Below, in pieces: positions 11,603-23,800 of a stretch of DNA of 64,000 bases. Each line of letters starts with the position of its first letter. The first letter of the stretch is position 1. Origin of the DNA: Phoronis australis (lineage: Eukaryota > Animalia > Phoronida); contig NMRA01000025.1 in the NCBI GenBank assembly GCA_002633005.1, positions 131,757-195,756 on the forward strand, written 5' to 3'. A program made the position numbers and the translations under genes. The notes under the pieces were generated by a model. That model was not told the DNA's origin. It worked only from the letters and a program-made list of their open reading frames with translations, and made no database searches.

Positions 11603-13832
11603 TGTGTGTTATATTTGTACACTGGCTAGTCCTGGATTGAACTCTTACTTTTTTGCAGAACCAAGTGTCTGACACAGAGTTGATTAACATGTGGTGAACA
11701 ATACAATGGGCACCAAGCACTGATATTTTTTTTGCCAATTTCTGACAGTACAATTCAAAATGCAATAACACTAATGAATTACATAATAATTGGGAGGAAA
11801 TGGTGACTTGTACATTTACATATATGCAAGACACATGTGTTGCACTATGGGTAAGTATCCAAGGAGAGTGGTGCTGTACTATTTCAGGATGTGTCTAGTA
11901 GGTGTATCGTTGTGTTGTAAAATCTCTGCTGTTATGGATAGTAATTTGTTTTGTTTTTCATTTTTCAAATTAATTCTTCTAATATTGTTGTGATTTCCTA
12001 CATTTCTCATGTAACTATTATATAGGTCTAGCTTTGAAAGGACAATGGAACATTTATTTCAAGAGTACTGCAAACTTTAATGAAAAAAAATTACTTGTGC
12101 GCTATATAATGCCCTGAATCGATAAAATTTCACCATGTAGTATGTATTGAAAAACGACATATTCAGACCTGTATGATTCTAATTACAGTCTGGTCTACAG
12201 GTTAAGGCCAATGACCGTTGTACAAGGCAGTTATATGATCTGTTCAGTGAAAGAGTACTTTTTTCTTTCAATTTTGGAGGTCATGTTTGGGTCAGTGGCC
12301 GCAAATGATGAGTTGATTTTTCAGCCCCATAGTGTATCATGTCCATGTATCATGTCGTGTAGGTTACGTTGTAGCTTCTGGATTAGTATTTTGTTGCGAT
12401 TGGTAAAAAAGGCATTGTGATTTGTAGATTTTGCTGCAAATTTTTATAGTGGTGTTCTTGAAGTTTAAATGCATTTAGTGGGCCGGTTGTCACTATCGAC
12501 TCTTAGGCTCATGGTGACATTAAAGATTTATACTTGAGGATGTTGAACCTGAATTAATAAATTGCATTTTATGTTCTACTTAACTTAAGTCTGATTTGAT
12601 TTCTGTATCTGCTATTCTGTGAGCATGTCTTCGTATGTATGGAGATCTCCGGATCTCAATCAAACCTTCAAAATATGCTTCTGATTGAGACAAAAAAATG
12701 TAACATCACTGTACTGAGATCCAGGACATTTTACCATCTCTTCAAATACTGGCCTTTTCTGTTTGGGTTATTATATTGGGTCAAATCTCGTAACGTGGAA
12801 ATGAACAGTTACTATTGGCTGTTAAGCTTATCTTTGATACTGTGGGATGAACTTTAGATTTGAATTTTGCTGGCGTGAACAAATGTTTTAGTGCAAGTAA
12901 ATTTTGTGTAGTTGCTAGGGTTCTGACAATCATTTAATCATTTTCAGTCATTTTTTTGCCCCATTCTTGATTTTCACGTGTCCATGGTCTCTTGCACACG
13001 ACTCCTACATTTTAAAGGGGATTTCAACCAAAGCTGATGCTTGTAGATTGCCGTAGAGTATATTGTCAGCATTTTGCGATTTGATGGTATTTTTCAGAAT
13101 TTAAACCCGTTCTTGATTTTCTCACACCCATGTAGGAAAAGTCTTTTGTGCACAAGTCCTTGATTTACCGATGCAAACACAAATCACTACAATAAACGAT
13201 ACTGTGAAATACTGACTTGCTCAAATGGAAATTCTTTGGAAGAATTAATTTACATACATTCAGGAATGGCAATTATTGGTAACTTGTTTTCCGTGGCATC
13301 ATCTGTGACTGCCTAAGTAACCCTCAGTAGCCAGTCGCATTTTGCCTTGAAATCTACAAAAATACAGTTCTGTCTGTAAACAGGCTATACATTTTATAAC
13401 CTTAAGTGGAATTTTAGTTATATTTGTTAACACCAATATTTGTTTGAGTAGTAGGTCCATATTCTTTGATTTTTAGTAAACTTTAGGAAAATATATCTTA
13501 CAACAAAACTACTTCCTAAATTATTCAAAATGAAATCTTAAAAATCCTGTTACTGCTTTCGAAATAATTTTCTGTGGTTTCATTTTTTCAAGATGAAAAT
13601 GGAGTGTAAAAAGAATCTCCTCATTTTTTAAAATGATGAAAATTGTATTTTAAAAAGAATTATATCAGCAATTTTGAGAACAGTGCTTGTTTCATATTAT
13701 TATATTATGATGCAAGTTTATTTTAAACCTGGTCAACCATTTTTTGAAATATTGTACGCTGATGTTGGGTCAGTTTAGATATTTTAGGGTTGATTCTGGA
13801 CAAAAACAATTTCCAAAATTGGCATTTTTGGT

Positions 13833-13993
13833 TTTCAAAGTCCGTTAATATTGTTATGATTGACCACAATGTTTCAAAGTTCATTAATATTGTTATGATT
13901 GACCACAATGTTTCATAGTTCTTTAATATTGTTATGATTGACCATAATGTTTCATAGTTCTTTAATATTGTTGTGATTGACCACAATGTTTCA
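13833..13993. repeat. 39-bp minisatellite, ~4 copies
   Basis: Unit TTAATATTGTTATGATTGACCACAATGTTTCA(A/T)AGTTC(A/T). Confidence 0.95.
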
Positions 13994-14672
13994 GACTTTT
14001 GTCTGGTGATGTCCCTGTTACTATTCTTGTACTTAGAAAAGCATTGGATTTGGTGCTACACATGTTTCGTAGAAAAATAATAAAACAAAATTTCACTTGT
14101 CAGTCACATTTTTGGTCCTATAAGACAGAGATTTTACCATACATTGACCTTAATTCCAAACAATTCTGATGAGATATTTTTACTTTCTCTATTCTAGTAG
14201 GATTTAGCCCACTTCTTATGCACATATTGCACCTTTTGTTACTTGTTCAAATGTTTAATCAGTGGTATGTTTTACAAACAGTAGCTGGCCAGTGTGTAGA
14301 TTGGCGTGGCCTGCAGTTCAGTGGAAATACTTCAGCTATGAGTAGGCAAAAACTAGGCATTGAATTTCTGGGCTTGATGCTTAGCTTGATGCCAACTTGC
14401 CAAATGTGACTTAGTAATAATACTGGGCCATCTAATGATAACTGAAGTCGGAAGCCACTGCTTTAAAAAAATTCAAAAAGAAACGTGCAGTATTGAAAAA
14501 TTATGCATACTCGTTTTATTTCTGCCATTCAATCTCTTTCTCTTTTCCTGTTACCTACGGAGTAAGCAAATGATTGGACACACTGCAGGCATGAGTGTCA
14601 TGGACCGACCTTGCCACTTTTTTCCCAAACAATTCTGACTTCCCTGTTAGTTTACTTCCTTTTGTAATTTAA

Positions 14673-16573
14673 GGATATCTCGAACCCTGTTCACAAAAAT
14701 TGGCCATTTTTACAATATTTCACATATGTCTAGCAAAATACCTTATCTTCATTCTCGGGGGAACTTCAAATACGAAATATGTACCGTGTATCGAGAGAAA
14801 AAGATGTAGCAGAACCACTTTGGAACTGCACAACTGCGTGGAAATTGTTTACTACACTGTACTTATCCGAGGTCTAAGGCTGTCACTCGAATCAAATCTC
14901 TCGCCAGGCACGGAGCATCTCCGTATGTACCTTCAGTCCTTATATTCACCGAGTCGCCTTAATATTGAGTCAAGGTTGTGTACATTTGATAGAAAGACGC
15001 CAGGGAAATCGAAGACAAAACGTAGCTTTGATCCTGAGGGAGTTGTGCGTCTGCATGCATACGACCGATTACTCCGAGTTGCCTCACGCCTCAGTGACTT
15101 TGTCAAGGTGTTCAGGAACTCAGCAAGTTGTGAAAAGAGATAAATCCTCGCCCAAATTATTTAATTTGATAGATAATTTGACATTTCGCTGTTTCGATCT
15201 GATGCTTACGACATGCTTTAATCACTGACCCAATTTCTGTTGTCCATTTCGTATTTTGTCAACAGTTGATCCCGCCTCTCGGACTGGAGACGATAACAAA
15301 ATTAATGTTGTAGTGATAACTAAGTTATTACGAACTTCAAATTCAGTTGACATTGCAAGTGAATGTTGAAAGAGCGAACATGGTTAAGCATGTATGTTAT
15401 ATTGACCGAAACAAGTTTTCACCAAATAATCAACCAAGTTAATCGGCTTTTTCTTGGCTTCGGCAAATCTACTTAATTTTAACTTAGGAACACGAGTTCT
15501 CAAAAATGACTTGGTGGATTTCGCTGAAACTTTTCGAAGTTAATATTTATTTATCAATCTCAAACACACTGGTAGGATTTTCGATATAAAAGCCTAGTTT
15601 TTGTATAATGTAACAGATTATTATGACTTATATTTTTTTGCAAAAACACCTTACGTTTTGCGAGTTTATTTGCCATAGAAACCAAGAGACTAATCCAAAA
15701 TTCCCAACAGCATTGTTGAGGTAACTGGTGAAGTTTTCATTTGAAAAAGGTTTCATTAAAATCGACCGAAGTGTTATCTTTTTAGGCATGTGCCTTTCTT
15801 GAAAATGAAATTTTGACTTTAAAAAGTGTTAATGTAATAATAATACTGGCAAATAAATATAAGATATATTTTTGTAATCTCTGATCTTTTTCTTTCAGAA
15901 AATATGTACTTTTACTAGTTGACAAAGCCTTGTTTTGATATACAACTTCAGCGTTAGGTTTGGACAATGCGACCTCAGATTCCAAGTCGCCACGAAGTCG
16001 CCACTGCAAGTATCAAGTCTGACGATATTTTCCTCTAAATTCGTTTCAAGGTTCATGTTGATTTCCAAACTTGAAATTACTAACAGTGTTCCTCGATTTA
16101 TTGCCTTTGACTCACAATTGTTCCGTTTATTTGGTAAATAGAACACATTTGCCACCATGTTGAAATTACAACAGGAAGTAAACAGACAGAAGTCAGAATT
16201 GTTCGGCAAAAATCAGGCAAGATCAGAGAAATTCGCGCCACCAGGCCATGCGGTCGTCTGCATCCTATGCTCGTCATTTGGTCGCTGGTGGGAGGAATAA
16301 CTAGGTTAGAGACTGTATGTATGTACATCTACGGGTAAAATTAGAGAAGCGCTAGGAAAATGGATGTCGTTACAGCCATATGACTTTTGGTCGATGAAAA
16401 TTTACGTCAAATAGGGAACCTCAGTCGTCAGTGCCCATGGTTGACTTTCCAATTTTGGTGATCTCAGATTTCGTTTGGCAACCTGGGACTTTTGCCAAAT
16501 GCGACTTGACATTTAGCTAAGTGTCGAGCGCTGGAATTAGAATGAAGGCCACTAAATAAGGTTTGAGATAACC
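14673..16573. mobile_element. Non-autonomous TTAA-inserting DNA transposon (Kolobok-like), ~1.9 kb
   Basis: TTAA (14669-72) + GGATATCTCGAACCCTGTT ... AATAAGGTTTGAGATAACC + TTAA (16574-77). TIRs match 15/19. RR..YY termini with a TTAA TSD fit Kolobok rather than piggyBac (CC..GG). No transposase ORF. Confidence 0.7.
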
Positions 16574-19297
16574 TTAAGCGCGTGTTTGATATGTGTGTTG
16601 ACTGTGATAACTCTATGTTTTGAGTGTTAATGGATGTCACAGTGGCTCTTCATCAGTTTTACCGGTTTCTGCTTTCTCTCATATACTATTTTAAAATATG
16701 CATGAGCCGTAAGATGTGCATATGGTATAGTTTATACCATGGTCACGTGTAATCCACCGATGTAATATAATTTCCCAATGTTTGCATATTTGCCTATAGA
16801 TGATTCCACTGCTGCATTACCATTAGTGTTATTAATATTGCACGAAAATCTCATTGCTATTGACCTGTCTTTATGCAACACTCTGTATTTTGTTTTTCTA
16901 TCAAACCCTTGTGTGGTTTCTGTGAAAGAGTGTTTCAACACTTATTGATCTGTTTCACAAGGTTCAGTTCAGTGAAGTCCCTTCAGTGCTTGATTTGGCA
17001 ACATGGGTCATATTGCCGTTTAGCTTAGCATGAGTCCTTCCCTTCCTGTGCATATTAATGGCCTAGTTTCAGTTCATCCAGTCCTCAGTGTCTCACTTAA
17101 TGAATGGCCACACACATCCTTGATTTGTTGTTGGTTGTCTGTTTCAAAATTCCAGCAGCAGTCCAGCATTTTAGCACTGAAAACATTAGTTTCAGTATGA
17201 CATTATGTTGGCTACCTCAAAATATAAGAGGCCTTCATCTAAGGAGCCAGCGTCCAACTGGACACCCTGACTCAAATTAAGACATCCTTGTTAGGATGCC
17301 CTGTTCAGCATTTGGACACCCTGTCCAACATTTGGACATCCAAGTAGATAAAATTTTGGCAGAACTGGATTTGAGGACCTGCAGGTCTCCAGTGTAACTT
17401 CAGATTTTGTTTGATGACCTGGTAAAAATAACCAAGTCACTATGCATACATCCGAGGACGCACTCGAAATACTACATTCGTCAAAAATAAAAAAGGCCCG
17501 TTTGTGAGTCATGCACAGATACCGTGTGGCGATAGTCTGCTTATACCTTCAGGTGAACCTGAACGGGATATTGCAAGCCTATTTGAAATCGTAAATTAAA
17601 TGCATTTTACAAAGAATTAAATACGGAGACTGTCGATACAAGGAAAACGGAGTTGCGAGTTCTGTAGAAGCAAGAATGTCACTATGGGGCCTTTCATACT
17701 AATGTCGATGCGTGGATGGTTTGGGGAGTTGTGGTCAGTATGAACACTTGACTTCAGTCCTGGATCAAAGTTAACAGCTCCAATTGACATCGCAGTTAAC
17801 AGGTGGATTTGACAACGCAGCATCGACGATGCGGTGCTGCATGAACGGTCAACTTCGGTCCCATCGAAGTTATCACCAGGTGCCACTGTTATTGTCAACA
17901 ATTAAAGGGTAGTGTAGTCGCTTATAGTTGGTTATATTTTGCTCGAATAATCACCAATCGAATTAAAAATAAGTTTTATGTCAATTAGCACTTGTAAATG
18001 TTCCCAAATTGTCACATTAAAAAAAATCTTAGCGTGCAGCGCTATCTTGCGATTACTTCGATGACAAAAGCGTCACCTGCCGTTTACTTCGATGTTCCTT
18101 AATTACCAAAGCCAGTATGAACGGTTTGGTTAACTTCGCAGTTAACATGGACACTCTGATCTGCTTAGACCAGAGTTAAATCAGTATGAAAAGACCTGAA
18201 GTAAAACTTGAATGATCCTGCTCTAATTGCTTGAAATGCATGGCTATATTGACACCAGCTATCAAAGGTTTACCTCTGTCACACCTGTGGTACTGCTGGT
18301 AATGACAGTTCACCGAATCCCCCCACTGAAATGAGACATAGTACTGTAAAATTCATTGTCCTAAATCTCATATTATATGGGCATCCCAGCTGTGTGCTTT
18401 TAGCTGATGAAATCTATGGAAATGCATTGTATTAGTTTGTTCATGCTGGTCAACTCAGATTTTCACAGTAGAGGTCCTGTCACCTTGATATAATTGCAGT
18501 TTACATTGTTGCAGTGGACATATTGATTTGGTATATCTTACTAGAAAGCTGCAATACTGTTTATCTGTGATGAGATATATATAGATTATTACATGGCGAA
18601 AGTTGTTACCCCCCCCCTCCGTATTCTAAAGTCCGAGTGGATTTTGGAGAATTAAGAATTATTGCCTGAGGGGCATTAGCCCAAAGGGTACTAATTCTAT
18701 AATTCTCCAAAATCCACAAGGGCTCTAGATAAGGGAGATAACGACTGAGAACATGTAATAATCTATTTATGCCATATACTGAATGAGAAACATTGCAATG
18801 AATCGATCTACATACCTTTCTCAACTCGCCTCAGCTTTGTAACTACTTTCTATGTCAGAGGCCCGGGGTGGTAGGTCGTGACCTTTTAAGAAAAGCCGAG
18901 CAGTTTTTGTCAAATAATGCTTTTACTCAAAACCAACTGAAAATTTTAACAAAGTAAAAATAAAGTGAATCTATGAATTAAGGTTTAGCAACTATTATAG
19001 CTTACCACACATTTTATCACGCTAAGCTTCTACCGTGAAAATATCGTCTGCTAAAGTACGTTACCGCTGGTAACTGAGTATAATGTTCAATTCAAAGGAT
19101 CCCGATGACAGGATACCCGCATTCAAATTGGAGATCGGTGATTTACAAGTGAGAGAACATGAGAGAAAAACTTCACTGAATTAAAGTATCGTTTTTATGG
19201 AAATTATGCGTCTTATTTTTCATAGCGTATAAATGTGGGTATGTGATTGTTGCGCGTGCTCATTTAAGTATTCTATTTTCACGTTCGATGACGTCAG

Positions 19298-19372
19298 CCA
19301 CTGAGTGGTGCAGTGGTAAAGTCGACGACCCGAAACTCTTGCGGCCCGTGTTCGAAACCAGCTTCGGTTCCC
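19298..19372 (+). pseudogene. tRNA-like Pol III head (SINE head or tRNA pseudogene)
   Basis: A box TGGTGCAGTGG (19306-16) and B box GTTCGAAACC (19350-59) at tRNA spacing. Partial acceptor pairing ACTGAG/TTCGGT. The D, anticodon and T stems do not pair properly. Confidence 0.55.
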
Positions 19373-19809
19373 CCCAAAATGTTATTTCACTAGTGAGATA
19401 ATTAAATGGGTTATTACACGGTTGTATTGGCCATTCGAGGCTAATATTGTGGTATAAAATTCAATCTCTAATTGTGTGACTGATACTAAAAATTTTTTCA
19501 ATAGCCTACATGTTGTTGGAGTGTTTCAGGCTTTGCAATCCCATGACCCTGTGGTGTGTTTATAGTCTGTGTCTGAAAGGGTTAATCCAGTTCAAAATCT
19601 TGAAAATATCAACCAAATTTAGTAATATGTAACATGGTATATTGTTTACGTCTTTTGTTATCAAACTAAAAGTTGTTTTGAGCAGTTTTGTACCTAGGTG
19701 GAGATGCATCCCTTGTGCCCGAAAGCCTTCGTAACTTGGCAGCAAATTGGCACCGGCTTTACTGGCAGTTAAAAATGTAAAGTGGGAAGAAAAAACATCC
19801 AAAGACAGC

Positions 19810-20806
19810 GATGTTTCAACAAGCAAAAACATTTTTTATCTCAAAACAGTGCGCTCCTTACCTGAATTACAATAATATGGACTTGTGCTTGATTTTTGCT
19901 GTCCAGACGTGACAATCAACGAAGTTTCCCTGGCAGTTGCTCTATGTGTCAGTTCGTCGAGAAAATAATCACTTGATAAACTGACTTTAATTTTCAATTG
20001 TTAGACAAAACTTATTTTAAAACTGACAAAAATTTATAATCTATATCTCTGTTGTCTAAAAATATAAATTTCGCAATTGAAAACACAAATGGGGGGAGTG
20101 TAGTGAACTGTAGAAAATATTGTAGTGTTTTGAATAAGTTGGTCATATGAATTTCAGTTATTCATGGCCCACGGAGCTAATTAATGTGTTCATCCTGCGC
20201 AGCGGAGCAGTGATGTCCGTGGCCAGGCTTCTGTAGTAATACGAATACTTCAGGCTAAATGAAAATTCTTCCTTTTACTTCAAACTCATTAATACTTATA
20301 TTTGGTTTCGTAACAAGTTTTGTTACGTTATTTCGCCACCAGTTGGTATTCTACAAGAAATGAACCGTTGGTCATTGTTGGCTCGTTGACTTGCAAAGTC
20401 ACTGGAGACCACTGGTTCCTTTGTTTTTCCCTAATTATATTTTCAATATTTTCGCAAGTTGTTATTCTTACTGTATAGCAAGTTTACTTAATTATTCTGA
20501 TATTGCATGTTCCTTATCATGTTTGTACTGTATACCACAGTCAATTATTCCCTGTACAACATGCTTAGCCCAGTCGAATAGACGGCCTTGTTATTCAGTC
20601 GTTCCTCAATGAATCTCACTTCCGTTTTAATGGCAAATCCAAAATGGCGGACTATCACTTGGCTCCAGTTCGTGACAAGTGAAGATTTTTTATGAATTTT
20701 TCGCCTTTGGATTTCGTTAGGATTTACCTGTAGGTTCTCATGGCTTCGTTATCACACGTCTTAACCATCAAATAAGGGTTAAAGGCATATATGCTACTAG
20801 GGCACT
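19810..20806. mobile_element. Interspersed repeat family A, copy 1 (may extend left to ~18859)
   Basis: Collinear similarity over ~1 kb with 42445-43336, e.g. ATGTTTCAACAA.CAAAAACATTTTTTA, AATGAATCTCACTTC, GACAAGTGAAGATTTTT, GGATTTCGTTAGGATT. Confidence 0.85.
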
Positions 20807-23800
20807 AGAATAATAAGTCCTATTTTTGATAGTCCCTCATGCACAAAGTGGAACATTTCCAAAACAATTCCTAAAAGCGTTATGGGGAACAGTGCATAAT
20901 TCATGATATCCGAAAGTTTCATAAGAATACGTCTGCCAGTTATGAGACATGATGTTCCGAAGTTGGCCAAAACTGAACATTTTTCTAGAGTCTTACATAA
21001 TCTTAACTCAGCGGGGAGGTCCTAACTGTACTGTAACTACTTATCTAGTGAAGGCTAGCTTAGCACTCTCTTTGGGAAAATTTTCAATGTTAAGCTGTAT
21101 GAAAATTTCCGTTGTCCACTCAAGAACTGGAGGTTATTTTGAGTTTACTATTGAAAACCATAATGGGGGCTGAAATACTGGTTTTGAATATTTAGCTCTC
21201 AAGAACCAAATATACAATGCAGATGTGGGCTGTTCAGGTCTCTTCATACCCTTTTCTATACCAGTTAAGAATCTGTGACTGGGTACTTTCATTTTAGAAT
21301 TCAGCCTTTTCTTGGTAACACAATAGCTTGCTGCAGTCTAAATAACACTCTCCAGTTAACATGTTGTTGTTAAATCAAGCAGACAAACTCCTGAAGATTC
21401 TGTTAAGGGCTATTGATGTGTGAGGGTTCATGCCAGTCCCAACATTGAGTGACCTTATTTCAACTGAAGCCAATTAACTCCTTTTGTGGTTGTTTTTAAT
21501 AACATATGCACATCTATTCATAGCAAAGGGGTTGATGGTTGTGATAATTTTAAAATAACATTGTTTCTGCCTTGTGCTATGTTTGGTGAGCAATTTTGAG
21601 GTGTCCCCAATTGCTGATTTTCGAAATAACCACACCTTATTGAAATTCACTATCTCCATCAGACCATGATCAGGTCTTCAGCACCACCTACAGATACCAA
21701 ATAATGCAGATAGGACATGCGTCCTACTAGTATAATGGTATAAACAGCGTTTTAACACCTTTTTTTGCTATCACAATATTGTGCAATTACCACTATTGTG
21801 CGGTGGAGTGTACGAAGTGGCTCACAGAAAAAGGCAAACCTCTTGCAGTATCCGTAGATGAAGGACACTATGTCCTGTATGTTGTGACGTTTCCCACTGG
21901 AAAGAAGAATATGCAGCTATGAAATGTGATGAAGCAAGAGAATTACAATCCCGGTCAATTTCAAAAAGCTAAAATAAATTTGTGAACTGGACTTGAATCA
22001 AACAATGGGAGGGACTGACAATGAGATTTATTCCTTCGTTTTAAATTCATAAACCACTATGTAGTAGTTGTATTTCTGTCCACTGAATTTGAGTCGGGAT
22101 CAAGCGGAAGTTACTTTCGTGCGCTGATTATTCTAGAGAGCGCCAACATGAAAAAACTGCTACTGACTCAACGCTAAAAGCCCCGTGTCAGCTGTCGTTA
22201 ACGAAAAGACTTTGGGGTGGCAGAAGGGTTTGATTCCCCTTTGCATATGTATTCTATCACCAACAAATGTCGATCGCTTCGCAATTAGCGCATATAAATA
22301 TTATTTAAGTATTAAATTATTTTATTAAGCTATACTGCTTCATCCTCATTATCATATTGTTTGGATTCTCGGCGTAGTGACCCCCTTTGTTCTAGAATTA
22401 TTGGTTTAATTGTACCACGTGATCTCTTTGTCTTGTCGCAACACCGCGCCATCGTCCATAATCCTCTCCAATTTTTGACTTTTCAGTCATTTTCTCTTTC
22501 CCTCCCTCCCTCAAACCAATTTTCCTTACTTCCCTGTTTACCCTAAATTTTCCCATTTCGCTGTTCTAGTGTTGCTGTTTTGCTTCCGCTTATTGTTAGG
22601 TATCTTCCTTGTTCAACACTTGTATATGCCTTCATTGCTGCATTGTACCTTGGGAGATTGTCACCCACATTTACAGTTCAACATATTATATAACTTTTGT
22701 ATTTATCCATATCTGTAGTAGTTTAGTTTGTCATAATATATATGACCTTTTATCTCATCTACATGTGTTGTTTCACTGTAAACTACCTTCGGTATTGCTT
22801 CGCAATTAGCGCTTATAAATAATGTGTTTAAAGATATGTTGCGGGTTGCGATGGAAAAGTAATATTGCATTTTTGAAAAATCCTTGAAAGTTTGTATTGC
22901 CTAATAACTTCGGTGTCATTAATGTGATTGAGAGGTGTCACTGACAATAATGGCTTGTCTTTTGTTTTTTTTTATATTATTTCTTCATTTATTTAGCTGA
23001 CAACATTTTAGACAAGTGAAATTCCAGTTTTATTCTCCACAAAAAAGGAAAATTTTAATCTGTTACTAGACTGATTTGTACTGTGAATTTGCCATAAAAC
23101 AACATTTGGTAAAATTTTGATTTTTGCAGCAATACAGTCAGCCTTTAAAATACTGGGAATATTTCAATTTTTGCCTTTATTTTTGTACTAAGTAAGAGGA
23201 TAATTGCCCTATATACAATGAGATGAAACTTTCCATTAGCTTCATTCTTTATCCTAGGATATGCACCATTCTACATATTAAGACAATGCCAACTGTTTTG
23301 CAGTTGCACCTCGTAACAACTTTGGTGAGCCTAACATCACCTAATGGTCAGATAAGTGGCACTTAAGTATTTAAACTTGTGAGAAAATCAAGTTAACTTA
23401 GCACTGTGCATTGATGCTTCCTTGTTGCTAGAGATTATTGGTGAGAAAAAGATTCATAATTCCTGTGTGGTTTGGCTGATTGACATAACTTTTTCAACAT
23501 TTTGTTTATCTTCCAGTCTCGTGTTTGGTGCAGACGCAAAAGTGGTGGAAGACAGCAGTTCCTTGGGTGGATTGTGCCAACCAAATGATTGCCTGGGCTT
23601 GACCTGAAGTTTCCTGCATTCTTTGACCTTAACAAAACAGAATCTGTATGATTTAGGTGTGAAGAACTATGAGAACTCTCTTTTACAAGAGAATTAAGTT
23701 TTCAGGTCATCGAGCGAGATCTAAAAGTTTGTCCTCACATTAACCATTCTGTGATAGTTATCGATGGAATAATATTTGTAATAATTTTTTAAGAAGAAAA

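Noticed and set aside
14700-15143. 147-aa ORF as a transposase or gene
   Set aside because: Non-ATG start, no DDE or THAP motifs recognised, and it lies within a non-autonomous element.
17245-17345. Degenerate GGACA(C/T)CC repeats (also TAGCCAAT repeats at 27100-27190)
   Set aside because: Short decayed tandem repeats with no further structure.
19298-19372. Functional tRNA gene
   Set aside because: The A and B boxes are present, but the cloverleaf stems and anticodon arm do not form.
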